The position numbers and the translations under genes were made by a program. Of a DNA stretch of 64,000 nucleotides, positions 1 to 9,800 are shown one piece after another (positions within the stretch are counted from its first letter, which is position 1; each line of letters opens with the position of its first letter). Source of the stretch: Dehalococcoidia bacterium (GTDB taxonomy: Bacteria > Chloroflexota > Dehalococcoidia > Plut-88900); contig CBDFLQ010000005.1 of the NCBI GenBank assembly GCA_965249275.1, positions 672,001 to 736,000 on the forward strand, in the 5' to 3' direction. A model generated the notes under the pieces. It was not told where the DNA came from. It made no database searches and saw only the letters and a list, made by a program, of their open reading frames with translations.

Positions 1-249
1 CTAGGGGGGCGATTTCACAGAGACCGCATCAGGCTCATCAGCAGCCAGGTCAGCACGATCGCTCCCGAGTGGTCGGGGAGGTGGTCCAAGGCGCGCCGAT
101 TCGATCTTGCATGGTCGATGATAGAGAAGCTGCGTCCGTCCCGGCTCGTGTCTCACACATTCCCACTCAACGACGCCGGGGCTGCCTACGAACTGCTGGA
201 CCGGGACCCGGCCAACGCCCTTCAAGTCCTATTTACCTACGATATCTGA
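1..249 (+). CDS. Zinc-binding dehydrogenase (MDR family), C-terminal part, truncated by window edge
   Basis: Frame 1 translates LGGRFHRDRIRLISSQVSTIAP...LVSHTFPLNDAGAAYELLDRDP..LQVLFTYDI*; typical MDR C-terminus; upstream of a PTPS-like gene. Confidence 0.75.
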   Translation, partial: LGGRFHRDRIRLISSQVSTIAPEWSGRWSKARRFDLAWSMIEKLRPSRLVSHTFPLNDAGAAYELLDRDPANALQVLFTYDI

Positions 250-271
250 TTCCCGCACGGGAGGAGCACCA

Positions 272-649
272 ATGTACACCGTATCGGTCAAACGGGACTT
301 TATAGCCCAGCACTACCTGGTGGGTGGGGACTGGGGGCCCGAAAATGACCTCAACTCTCATCACTTTGAAATAGAGGTGCTTCTAGAGGGGCCTGAGCTG
401 GACGAGCACGGATTCCTGGTCGACATCGTGGACATTGAGACTAACCTGGAAGACCTGGTTGACCGCTACGAAGACCACACGCTGAACAGCTTTGACGAGT
501 TCGAGGGCCTTAACCCGAGCATTGAGCACTTTTCGCGTATTGCTTGCCAGTCTCTCGCCGGCTCAATCAAGACCGCGGGCCTCGCCACCATCACCGTCAA
601 GATGTACGAAGACGCCGACGCCTGGGCATCCTACCGGCTCGAGCTCTAA
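272..649 (+). CDS. 6-pyruvoyl-tetrahydropterin synthase/QueD-like protein
   Basis: FIAQHYL, SHHFEIEV, GFLVDI, DHTLN, NPSIEHFSR, MYE motifs; GGAGG RBS. Confidence 0.85.
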   Translation: MYTVSVKRDFIAQHYLVGGDWGPENDLNSHHFEIEVLLEGPELDEHGFLVDIVDIETNLEDLVDRYEDHTLNSFDEFEGLNPSIEHFSRIACQSLAGSIKTAGLATITVKMYEDADAWASYRLEL

Positions 650-1713
650 TGCACATCGGCCTGGTCGTTTATGGCGACCTGTCTACCGTGTCGGGCGGAT
701 TCCTGTACGACCGGAAGCTGGTGGAATATCTGCGGGAGTCGGGGGACGAGGTGGAGATTATCTCGCTGCCCTGGCACGGGTACCCACGTCTGCTGGCGCA
801 TAATTTCTCGCGTAGTTTGCGCAGGAAAATCGACGGGTTGGGGTTAGACTTGCTTTTGCAGGATGAGCTTAACCATCCCTCGCTGTTTCGGCTGAACGGG
901 GCTCTTCGGGGTCTCCCCATCGTGTCAATCGTCCATCATCTGCGGTCCAAAGAGGCCCATTCCCGTTGGGCAATGCCTGTCTACCGGTGGGCCGAGACCC
1001 GCTACCTTTCCTCGGTGGACGCCTTTGTATTCAACAGCCGAACGACCAGGGCTGACGTCGCCAATGCGATTGGCAGACTAAAGACCAATGTCATTGCCTA
1101 TCCGGGAGGCGACCGGCTGAATCCGGCCATCACGCCCCTGAATGTCATAGAACGAGACAGCGCTGCCGGTCCTCTTCGCCTCCTGTTCCTTGGTAACCTG
1201 ATACAGCGCAAGGGGCTCCACACCCTGGTATCAGCGCTAGCTATATCGGGACCCGGGTGGCGTCTCGACGTGGTGGGGCCGGACGCTGATCGTAAATATG
1301 CCTCCAAGGTCAGGGCACTGGTCTCCGAGAAGAGCCTGTCCAACAGGATTACTTTCAGGGGTGCACTGGATGACGAGGCCCTGGCAGAAGTGTTTCGGGA
1401 ATGCCACGTCCTGGCCGTCCCGTCCACCTACGAAGGGTTCGGAATCGTCTACATGGAAGGGATGGGGTTCGGGCTCCCGGCTCTAGCGACGACTTCCGGA
1501 GCTGCGGTTGAGACCATCCAGCACGGTCATAACGGCTTCCTCATCGCACCCGGTGACATAGCGGGGCTTTCCCAGCACGTAACTCGACTGATCCAGGACC
1601 GGACCCTGCTGGCCGAAATGGGACAGACGGCCCTGAACACCTACGCCGCTCACCCGACTTGGCAGCAAAGTACAGAGACCATCCGCCGTTTCCTACTGAA
1701 AATCGCCCGCTGA
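649..1713 (+). CDS. Glycosyltransferase family 4
   Basis: ATG overlaps the previous stop (TAATG); SGGFLYDRKL, RKGLHTL, EGFGIVYMEGMGFGLP motifs. Confidence 0.9.
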   Translation: MHIGLVVYGDLSTVSGGFLYDRKLVEYLRESGDEVEIISLPWHGYPRLLAHNFSRSLRRKIDGLGLDLLLQDELNHPSLFRLNGALRGLPIVSIVHHLRSKEAHSRWAMPVYRWAETRYLSSVDAFVFNSRTTRADVANAIGRLKTNVIAYPGGDRLNPAITPLNVIERDSAAGPLRLLFLGNLIQRKGLHTLVSALAISGPGWRLDVVGPDADRKYASKVRALVSEKSLSNRITFRGALDDEALAEVFRECHVLAVPSTYEGFGIVYMEGMGFGLPALATTSGAAVETIQHGHNGFLIAPGDIAGLSQHVTRLIQDRTLLAEMGQTALNTYAAHPTWQQSTETIRRFLLKIAR

Positions 1714-1723
1714 GAATTGCGCT

Positions 1724-2644
1724 GTGCCCAATCCCGGAACTGCTGACTACCACCGATATTTGGCGGCCAAGAAGTCCATTGACGACAGGTCTCTCAACCC
1801 ACGGGTTTGGGACTCGCTGGCCCGTGCGCTCCCCGGCACCCGCCCGACGGACGTGTTGGAATTGGGCGCGGGTATCGGTTCGATGGTGCAGAGGGTAATC
1901 GAACGGGGGCTGTTAACGGAATGCCGATACAGAGCCGTTGATTTGGAACCTGGGAACGTGGCGGAGGCTATGCTGAGGTTGCCATCCTGGGCTCGAGAGT
2001 GGGGCCTCTCTGTTGAAGAGTTGGGGGAGGGGGGGCTGCGGTTCTCGGGGGTGGGGACCTTGATGGACCTATCATTCGAAGCGGCCAATGTCGTTGATGT
2101 TCTTAAGAGGCCTGACATCAGCGGGGTCTACGATCTGGTGATAGCCCAGGCGTTTCTCGACCTCGTGGACCTGGGTAGCGTCTTGCCGTTGATCGGTGCG
2201 TCACTCAGGCCTGGGGGACTAATCTACCTCTGCATAAATTTCGACGGGGGCACCATCTTTGATCCGATTATCGATGCTGAGTTGGATGCTCGGGTAGAAG
2301 CCCTCTACCACCGAACGATGGATGAGCGCGTGAGCGACGCCAAACCCTCGGGGGACAGCCGTACGGGGCGGAGGCTTTTCTCGGGGCTGAGAAGAATCGG
2401 AGCGCAGGTGCTGGACGCGGGCCCATCCGACTGGGTGGTGTACCCCACAGCTGACGGCTATGCCGGGGACGGCGATGTTTTTCTACACGCGATCATCGAT
2501 ACCGTACAGGGCGCACTCGAGTCCAGCGAAGAGCTTAGTCGAGAAACTCTAGCTGAGTGGAGCCGAGTGCGGCACGCGCAGGTTGAGGCTCGGGAGCTGG
2601 TGTATATAGCTCACCAACTGGATGTGTTGGCGCGCGTTTCGTGA
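1724..2644 (+). CDS. Class I SAM-dependent methyltransferase
   Basis: VLELGAGIG motif I, DLVIAQAFLDL, LRPGG. Confidence 0.8.
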   Translation: MPNPGTADYHRYLAAKKSIDDRSLNPRVWDSLARALPGTRPTDVLELGAGIGSMVQRVIERGLLTECRYRAVDLEPGNVAEAMLRLPSWAREWGLSVEELGEGGLRFSGVGTLMDLSFEAANVVDVLKRPDISGVYDLVIAQAFLDLVDLGSVLPLIGASLRPGGLIYLCINFDGGTIFDPIIDAELDARVEALYHRTMDERVSDAKPSGDSRTGRRLFSGLRRIGAQVLDAGPSDWVVYPTADGYAGDGDVFLHAIIDTVQGALESSEELSRETLAEWSRVRHAQVEARELVYIAHQLDVLARVS

Positions 2645-2869
2645 CCTTATTTGCTTTTTCGCCAAGATTCATTTGCGGAACTGCCTACTTAGACTAATTG
2701 GCCGGTTGCAATAGCCTTCCGCCGCCCCCCCGCTCATACTTCGAGAACCTCAGCACGAGCGGCCCCTCCCGCGGACCGGTGAGATACGAAAAGGTTCTCT
2801 ATGGAACGGGTAGAATGGTTGCCGCGGAGGCAAGGCAAAATTCCGTTGCCCCAGAGATGAGGTCATTCT

Positions 2870-3661
2870 ATAGATATAGCGGTTGAAATAGTTCTTGGGG
2901 CGGGGCTGGGGTTTGCAGTCGGGGTGACGGGGGTGGGTGGGGCGGCGCTGGCGGTCCCGAGCCTCGTGTTCTTCCTCGGCTTCTCCACGGTGGAAGCCAT
3001 AGCCACGACGTTTCCGTTTACCGCCGCCGTTAAGCTGGCGGGTTTTGCCCAGCACAGCAAGCAGGGCACATTTCACTATCGTATAGGGGCTGCACTGCTT
3101 TTGGGTGGTGTTCCGGGGGCCGTGGTTGGGGTGGCACTTCTTTCGAGACTCTTCGCAGAATATGGTGATTCGCTGGAGGTGTGGGTGAACCTCTGCATCG
3201 GGTTGCTGGTGCTCATAGGGGCTGCTCTTCTGGTCGTACAGATAAGGCTGAAACGCAGGAGCGTGGAGCAGCAAGGAAATGGGTTGAGCCCGAAGAAATG
3301 GTTGGCGGGGTCGGGGGTGGGGGGTGCACTGGGCCTGATCATGGGCGCAACCTCGGTGGGGGCGGGCACGCTGATGACCGCGCCCGTGCTGCTGATATTC
3401 CGCATCTCTGCGGACAAGGTGGTGGGTACGACGATTGGGGTGTCGCTGGTGCTGATGGTAATCGGGACGCTGGGGTATCTGAGCCAGGACCTAGTGGGCT
3501 GGAGTACGGTCCTGTTCCTGAGCATCGGGGCAGTGCCTGCAGTGATAGTCGGGAGCAGGCTCACGACCCGAATCCCCGAAAGGGTGCTCATCGCGGCACT
3601 TACGGCCATGATGCTGACGGCGTCCGGGAGCCTCCTGGCGAAGGCGGCCCTGGGGTTCTGA
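2870..3661 (+). CDS. TauE/SafE sulfite exporter family membrane protein (start uncertain: ATA 2870 or GTG 2924)
   Basis: GVTGVGGAALAVP and GATSVGAGTLM repeats, multiple TM segments. Confidence 0.85.
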   Translation: MDIAVEIVLGAGLGFAVGVTGVGGAALAVPSLVFFLGFSTVEAIATTFPFTAAVKLAGFAQHSKQGTFHYRIGAALLLGGVPGAVVGVALLSRLFAEYGDSLEVWVNLCIGLLVLIGAALLVVQIRLKRRSVEQQGNGLSPKKWLAGSGVGGALGLIMGATSVGAGTLMTAPVLLIFRISADKVVGTTIGVSLVLMVIGTLGYLSQDLVGWSTVLFLSIGAVPAVIVGSRLTTRIPERVLIAALTAMMLTASGSLLAKAALGF

Positions 3662-3736
3662 AGCACGGGCCACAGTTGACACCAGGCCGCCATCTCAATA
3701 TGTTTTGACCCACACCTATTTCCCGAGGAGTTAGCC

Positions 3737-4927
3737 ATGACTAAAGAGCAGATCACCGCCGAAGGCATCTATTCTACCGAGGCCCTAAAGTTCGCTCATG
3801 GGATCAAGTCAGGCAATGTCCTATACACCTCTGGGATTGTGGCTCGGGGGCCGGACGGCGAGATCGTGGGCAAGGGAGACGTCGAGGCCCAGGCACACCA
3901 GGTATATCAGAACCTGGAGGCGATACTGGCGGCCGCCGGGGCCACGTGGAACGACGTGGTCAAGTACAACACCTACCTTGCCAACCCCGAGGACAGGCAG
4001 AAGGCGCGGGAGGTGCATTTCCAGTATTTGCCCTACTACCAGAGAGCAGGGGCCACTGTATCCATGCCTCTGCTCCTCTCCGACTTGCTTATAGAGGTCG
4101 ACCTGATCGCCTATATCGGCCAGCCGAAGTTCAGCCTCAGCAACGTGCCGGACACCTTCGTGCCTCTGGGCTCTCCTCATTCCGTCCGGGTTGGGGACAC
4201 TATCTACGTTACCGGTCAGCAGCCGATTGCAGGGAAGCAACCTGTACTATCGGGCGGTAAGCTCGGGAACGTCGCGTCCCATGAAGCGGAAACCATTGGC
4301 AAAGGTGATTTCGTTGCGCAGGCCGAGGCTGTCTACAAGAACTTCGACAACATCCTCAAGGCCAACGGGGCCGATTGGACGAACGTGGTATGGAGCCACG
4401 GATACGTCACCCGGCACGACGTGATCAACGACTACCGGGATGTCCGTTACCGCTACCACCGTTCCGGCCAAGTGGCTGCGACGTCGGTGGTGTGCGGCCT
4501 TGTAGGGCCTGAGTGGATGATCGAGTCGGAGATCATAGCGTCGATGGCGCCGCGTGAGTCTTTCACGGTGCCTGGGGTCTCGGTGTCACCGGGTGTGGCC
4601 CACGCTGTGAGGGCGGGAAACACTCTCTACGTTCAGGGACAGGTAGGCAGGAACTCGCAGGACGAAACGGTGGGCGCAGGGGACTTCGACGCCCAGGCTG
4701 CCCAAGTCTACAAGAACCTTGACGATATTCTGAGGGGAGTCGGGGTTTCCTGGGACAAGGTGGTGCGCATCAAGTCTTACCTGGTAGACCGGGCCCACGG
4801 CCCGGCGGTCAGGAGGGTGAGGGACCGATACCTGAAACCCGGGGCCTACACCAGCACGACCGTGGTCGCGGGTTTCTTCAAGCCCGAATACATGCTGGAA
4901 GTGGAAGCGGTGGCCGTCCTCGACTAG
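3737..4927 (+). CDS. Rid (YjgF/YER057c/UK114) family protein with three tandem domains
   Basis: Three repeats of G(N/D)xlYvsGq...G.GD..AQA..VY.N...IL..aG..W..VV...EvE. Confidence 0.9.
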   Translation: MTKEQITAEGIYSTEALKFAHGIKSGNVLYTSGIVARGPDGEIVGKGDVEAQAHQVYQNLEAILAAAGATWNDVVKYNTYLANPEDRQKAREVHFQYLPYYQRAGATVSMPLLLSDLLIEVDLIAYIGQPKFSLSNVPDTFVPLGSPHSVRVGDTIYVTGQQPIAGKQPVLSGGKLGNVASHEAETIGKGDFVAQAEAVYKNFDNILKANGADWTNVVWSHGYVTRHDVINDYRDVRYRYHRSGQVAATSVVCGLVGPEWMIESEIIASMAPRESFTVPGVSVSPGVAHAVRAGNTLYVQGQVGRNSQDETVGAGDFDAQAAQVYKNLDDILRGVGVSWDKVVRIKSYLVDRAHGPAVRRVRDRYLKPGAYTSTTVVAGFFKPEYMLEVEAVAVLD

Positions 4928-4931
4928 CCCG

Positions 4932-5348
4932 CTAGCAGTTTGTCAGGGGGCTGTGAAGCGAACCCACCGAGTCGGGGGAGATGACCACTACGCGTCGCTC
5001 CTCGCCGGGCTGGTGGAAGGGGTACTCGTCCAGGCCGAGGTATTTCTTGGCAAGCTTGTCGATGTGCTTGCCCTCGTGATCGGGTTTGATCTCGGTGACC
5101 CGGCCCCGGACAAAGACGGCTTCGTAGGGCTTGTCCTGGCCGATAATCGAGACTGCGACACGGGGGTCTCTGCGAAAGTTTTTGACCTTGATCGTCGTCT
5201 CGTCGCAGTTGATCACTATGTCGTTTCCTACAGCCTCGCACCATACGGCGGATGCCTGGGGCGATCCGTCCCGCATGAGGGAAGTGACGTGGGCGAAGTT
5301 CTTGCCCTGGAATAATTCTCGTGCGTCATCCGGTAGGTTTACAGTCAA
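4932..5348 (-). CDS. PPOX-class F420-dependent oxidoreductase (split barrel)
   Basis: DGSPQASAVW, KVKNFRRDPRVAVSI, IDKLAKKYLG. Confidence 0.85.
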   Translation of the reverse strand: MTVNLPDDARELFQGKNFAHVTSLMRDGSPQASAVWCEAVGNDIVINCDETTIKVKNFRRDPRVAVSIIGQDKPYEAVFVRGRVTEIKPDHEGKHIDKLAKKYLGLDEYPFHQPGEERRVVVISPDSVGSLHSPLTNC

Positions 5349-5511
5349 TTTTGCTCCTCCATGTATAGGTCTTTACGTGAGTGTTCTAAAAGCAGGATCA
5401 CCCTCACCCTAGCCCTCACGCCTCAGCGCATCTGCGACTCATTGAGGGAGAGGGGACAAGACGGCTTTTATAGTCACCGTTGGCAGGGATAACTGTTGGT
5501 CTCATGTAGGA

Positions 5512-6702
5512 TTAGTGCAGGCCGATTTCTTTGAACAGCCACGCTGAGGCCAGCGACTTGCCTTCCCGGAAGCGGCGTAGCGAGAATATAGACATGTCCA
5601 CGAGGGTCGTGCGGCCCGTGGTGACTAGCTCTGCCATCAGGTCTCCGGCCACCGGGCCTTGCTGCATACCCAGTCCGCTCCAGCCGACCATGTTGTAGAA
5701 CCCTCCGACCTCCTCGCTTTCCTCGAAGATGGGGGAGTCATCGGGCGTGATGTCATATGCGCAGGAGTAGCCGCCCCGGTGCGTTGCCTTCTCCAGCGTC
5801 GGCAGGGCCTGAGATCCTTCTATACGGTGCCGGTCTACAAGTTCCGGTGCAGCGTCTTCGGGCATAGTGTCGGGGTCCACCATCTCTGCATCATCCCGGA
5901 TTTCCAGCGTGTTCAGTACGTTGATGAGGTTGCCGGGTTCGCACCTGAAGATGTAGTCGCTGCGTCCGTCGTGGAAGATGGGTCTGAACTCGGGCATGGA
6001 CCAATGCCTCTGGTATATGACGCCCTGGCCCCGAGTCGGGGTGATCGGGATGTCGATACCCACCATCCGCCCGATAGCCGGGCCCCAGATCCCCGCAGCA
6101 TTTATCACGACAGGGGCCGAAATGTTCCCCTTGTCGGTCTCCACCGACTGTACGCGCCCACCCGAAAGCCCGATTCCAGTTACCTTGGTCTCCTCGTTCA
6201 CCTGCACTCCCTGTTCTCTGGCGCGAGCCGCGAACGCCTCCGTCACGCCTCCCGGGTTTGAGTAACCGGCGTCGGGGAAATAAACGATCGGACCCAGGGC
6301 CTCGGTGTTCAGGCCGGGGACCATCTCGGCTAGCTGGTCGGGATCGAGGTACTCGCTCCGCATTCCGACTTTGCCGGTTAGCGCTACCATTTCCTGCATT
6401 AGGGTCCTGTTGGACTCGGGTTCGGCCCAGACCCGGCCCACGTTGCGGAACTGGCCGCCGCCACCAATGATCTCGTCGAAATTCAGGTATATTTTCGAGG
6501 ACTCGTGGATGATTTTTACGGTCTCCTCCACGCCGTGATAGGGACGTAGGTTGGCCAGGGAGCGGCCGGTCGGGCCGGAGGCGAGGTATCGTTGTTCGAC
6601 GAGGACGACGTCCGTGACGCCGCGTTTCGCAAGGTGATACGCGGTGCTGGCGCCCATCACACCCCCGCCTATTATCATGACCTCTGCCGTGCTTTTTACC
6701 AT
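5512..6702 (-). CDS. FAD-dependent oxidoreductase, DAO/sarcosine oxidase beta-like
   Basis: IIGGGVMGASTAYHLA, INAAGIW, YDITPDDSPI, GWSGLGMQQGP. Confidence 0.9.
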   Translation of the reverse strand: MVKSTAEVMIIGGGVMGASTAYHLAKRGVTDVVLVEQRYLASGPTGRSLANLRPYHGVEETVKIIHESSKIYLNFDEIIGGGGQFRNVGRVWAEPESNRTLMQEMVALTGKVGMRSEYLDPDQLAEMVPGLNTEALGPIVYFPDAGYSNPGGVTEAFAARAREQGVQVNEETKVTGIGLSGGRVQSVETDKGNISAPVVINAAGIWGPAIGRMVGIDIPITPTRGQGVIYQRHWSMPEFRPIFHDGRSDYIFRCEPGNLINVLNTLEIRDDAEMVDPDTMPEDAAPELVDRHRIEGSQALPTLEKATHRGGYSCAYDITPDDSPIFEESEEVGGFYNMVGWSGLGMQQGPVAGDLMAELVTTGRTTLVDMSIFSLRRFREGKSLASAWLFKEIGLH

Positions 6703-6851
6703 GAACCAGTCCTTCCCTTATAGCCGTGGAAAGCCGGACTAGAATATATGCCGCCGCGTCCGAGCGTCAACACAGATCGTAGCTTGACGGGGGAGGTGGG
6801 CAAAACCCACAATTACCAGTCAAGTCGCCAAAACCACAGAAGGAGCCTGTC

Positions 6852-7763
6852 ATGGAAGAAGCACACGAGTCCCTGGTCTACGTCAATGGAGAGCTTGTTC
6901 CGGCAAGCCAGGCTTCCGTATCGGTATTCGACAGGGGCTTCCGATGGGGAGATGGCGTCTACGAGATGGCCCGCACCTTCAGCGGCAAGATCTGGAAGCT
7001 GCGCGACCACCTGGACCGACTCTACTGGTCACTCCAGTACACGAGAATCGACCCGCGCATCGACATAGACGCCTTGGAGGCTGCGACTCATGAGCTGGTG
7101 GAGACCAACTTCCAGAGGTCGGGGCCGGAGGACGTGGGGGTGACCCACATAATCAGTCGGGGAGTCGTGGAGCCGACTCGGCAGGCGGAGCTAGAGGCAA
7201 CTGTCGTAATCTACACCGAGCCTCTGGCCTTTGCGATGTACGCCAAGTGGTACCGTGACGGTATCAGGATGATCACACCGGCGACTCGCCGCACGCCGCC
7301 TCAGAGCCTTTCCCCTAAGGCAAAGATATCCAACAAGATGAACCACATGGTCGCCGATTTCGAGGCGAAGGCGATCGATCCAGAGGCCCTGCCCCTGATG
7401 CTGGACTACGACGGCAACGTGGCCGAAAGCAGTGGCGCGAATTTTCTATTCCTGCGTAAGGACACGATTTACATACCCAACCGCAGGCACGTGCTGGGGG
7501 GGATTACGATGGACTCGGTGCTGGAGATAGCCTCGACACTCGGGTTCAAGACGGAGGAGGGAGACTACACACCCTTCGACGTATACAAGGCTGACGAAGC
7601 GTTTATAACCACGACTCCCAGCCACATATCCCCCGTGGTGTCCCTAAACGGGATTAAGATCGGGGCTGGGGTGCCGGGGCCCGCGTTCCAGCAGATCACC
7701 CAGGCCTGGAGCGACATTGTGGGGATTGACATCGTGGACCAGGCAATGGCGTATGTGAGGTAG
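6852..7763 (+). CDS. PLP-dependent aminotransferase class IV (IlvE/Dat-like)
   Basis: VFDRGFRWGDGVYE, HLDRL, KAK, ESSGANF, LGGIT, ADEAFIT. Confidence 0.9.
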   Translation: MEEAHESLVYVNGELVPASQASVSVFDRGFRWGDGVYEMARTFSGKIWKLRDHLDRLYWSLQYTRIDPRIDIDALEAATHELVETNFQRSGPEDVGVTHIISRGVVEPTRQAELEATVVIYTEPLAFAMYAKWYRDGIRMITPATRRTPPQSLSPKAKISNKMNHMVADFEAKAIDPEALPLMLDYDGNVAESSGANFLFLRKDTIYIPNRRHVLGGITMDSVLEIASTLGFKTEEGDYTPFDVYKADEAFITTTPSHISPVVSLNGIKIGAGVPGPAFQQITQAWSDIVGIDIVDQAMAYVR

Positions 7764-7858
7764 GGGGTAGGGGTCGTAGTCACCCTCACCCTAGCCCTCT
7801 CCCATCGAGAGAGAGGGTACTAGACTCCCCCAGACGCCGGGAATGACGGGGGGAGGCG

Positions 7859-8959
7859 TTAGGAGAGGAGCTTGGTGAGGGCGTATTGGCCGAGGTGGCG
7901 GTTTTCCTCAATGGTGTCGGGGTTGATGTCGGAGTTGTAGGCGATGAGGGGGATATCGCGTTCGTGGATGGAGGCGTGGGAACGGAGGCCGGGGCGCATT
8001 TCGATCTGGGTCGGGTCACCGAAGACGAAGTTCTTCTCGGCGTTGACGAAGATGTTGCCAAGCCTTCCTGGGTGGAGGCGGTATTCGAGCACGGCTTCGT
8101 CGTGGCTGAAGGCGCTGTGGACGCCAGGGGTCTCGCGGAGGATGGCCAGGGCCTCGGCCGCGTGTTTATCGTCCAGGTATACGAAGGTGCATCCCCCCAA
8201 GTTGGAGTGCTGAAGGACGTAGCGGTCCTTGATTATGGGCACGGGGTTGGAACCTATGCCGCGGGCTGCGAGGATGCTTTTCAGATCTACCATATGATCC
8301 TTGGCAGACATGCCGTGGTCGGCGGTCAGGAGGAGGGTGACATCAGGGTGGTTGGAAAGAAGCTCTCCAATTGTGTCGTCGAGGATGGTCATGTGGCGTT
8401 GGGACTCGGGGTGATCGGGGGGAAAGGTGTGCATCGCGTAGTCGGTAGTAGCGATGTAGACGACGTCGAAGGGGCTCTTGGACATTAAGTGGTCGGCGGC
8501 CTGGACTATCCAGCCGTTGACTTCGAGGGAGTAGATGGGGGGTGGGGGGCCGAGAACGGATACTGCCTCGTCCAGGGGCTGCTCCGAGGAGAAGCCGACG
8601 GTGGCGTGAGCCCCGATGAGGGTGCGGAGCTTGTCCTTGGAAGAAACCATCAGGGTGCGCTTGCCGAGCGATGAGGCCTTCTGGAAGAGGGTCTCGGCGA
8701 GGATGAAGTCGGCGGACTCCATATAGGTCTCAAGGCCGGTGTCGGTGTCGAGCCAATAGTTGCAGTTGATGCCGTGGGACTCGGGATAGAGTCCGGTGAC
8801 GAGGGAGACGTTGTTGACGTTGGTGACGGACGGCATCATGGAGCGGCCGATTTTCAGGAAACCCTTGGCGCATACCTCGTCGATGTTCGGGGTCTTGCAA
8901 GCCTGGAGGTACTCGGGGTCAAAGCCGTCGATGATGATAATTACTATAGGGTTGTCCAT
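7859..8959 (-). CDS. Phosphonoacetate hydrolase-like alkaline phosphatase superfamily enzyme
   Basis: IDGFDPEY, PSVTNVNNVSLVTG..HGI, TTDYAMH, TADHGM, RSHAS; PhnA-like. Confidence 0.8.
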   Translation of the reverse strand: MDNPIVIIIIDGFDPEYLQACKTPNIDEVCAKGFLKIGRSMMPSVTNVNNVSLVTGLYPESHGINCNYWLDTDTGLETYMESADFILAETLFQKASSLGKRTLMVSSKDKLRTLIGAHATVGFSSEQPLDEAVSVLGPPPPIYSLEVNGWIVQAADHLMSKSPFDVVYIATTDYAMHTFPPDHPESQRHMTILDDTIGELLSNHPDVTLLLTADHGMSAKDHMVDLKSILAARGIGSNPVPIIKDRYVLQHSNLGGCTFVYLDDKHAAEALAILRETPGVHSAFSHDEAVLEYRLHPGRLGNIFVNAEKNFVFGDPTQIEMRPGLRSHASIHERDIPLIAYNSDINPDTIEENRHLGQYALTKLLS

Positions 8960-9024
8960 GGGGGAATCGTAGCACAAGTGGGTATGGGCTACGACATCAG
9001 CTGGATGTAATCAGTTTTGGGAGA

Positions 9025-9426
9025 TTATCCGACGGGAGATTTGGCCTGGGTGGATGGAGTCTCGAGGTTGGCGGGCGAGGTCTCCTCTTCGGAGTCGGGG
9101 TGAGGGGATTTCTCGGTGGGCATGGGACGAATGACGACCTGCATGCCCAAGGCTCGGGTGAGGCGCATTATGGTGGCGAAGCTGGGGTTGCCGTTGGGCG
9201 AGAGGGTTTTATAAAGGCCGGCCCTGCTCATGCCGACCTGTTGAGCGAGTCCGCTCATGTTTTGGGCTCGGGTAACGTCTTGCAAGGAAGCTCGTATGAC
9301 GTTGCCGTCGCCGGGGTCCTCTTCAGAGCAGGCTTCAACATAGAGTCGGGCGTATTCTATGTCCTTGAGACGTTTGGTAGGATCCCAATATGTGTATCCG
9401 TCCGGTAACTTCACATTTACCCCCAT
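9025..9426 (-). CDS. Addiction module antitoxin (HI1420-like HTH)
   Basis: RAQNMSGLAQQVGMSRAGLYKTLSPNGNPSFATI. Confidence 0.85.
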   Translation of the reverse strand: MGVNVKLPDGYTYWDPTKRLKDIEYARLYVEACSEEDPGDGNVIRASLQDVTRAQNMSGLAQQVGMSRAGLYKTLSPNGNPSFATIMRLTRALGMQVVIRPMPTEKSPHPDSEEETSPANLETPSTQAKSPVG

Positions 9427-9725
9427 TCTCTAGCCAATTGGCGTGCACGTTCTATATCTCGGCGTTGGCTGGACTTATCGCCACCACAAAGTAGCACGAT
9501 GATATTTGGGCCGTTTCGGATGAAGTAAAGACGATAGCCGAGTCCGTAGTGGATGCGTAGCTCAAAAACACCGTTGCCTACGGCCCGCGTGTCGCCCAAG
9601 TTGCCTTCGGCCACACTCCTCATGCGTGCGTCAATCTTTAATTTGGCAGTGGTATCTCTAAGCCTGCTAAACCACCCAGTAAATGTATTGCTTTCAATAA
9701 TCTGGAAGGTCATATGTACCAACAC
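9417..9725 (-). CDS. RelE/ParE-superfamily toxin (HI1419-like)
   Basis: GNLGD..AVGNGVFELRIHYGLGYRLYF, LLCGGDKSSQRRDI. Confidence 0.9.
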   Translation of the reverse strand: MLVHMTFQIIESNTFTGWFSRLRDTTAKLKIDARMRSVAEGNLGDTRAVGNGVFELRIHYGLGYRLYFIRNGPNIIVLLCGGDKSSQRRDIERARQLAREWG

Positions 9726-9800
9726 GCATTGTAAACTATAGTGGACACTTCGTCAAAATGAAATACAAGGGGTAGGGGTGGGGTGTGGTAACATTCGGGC

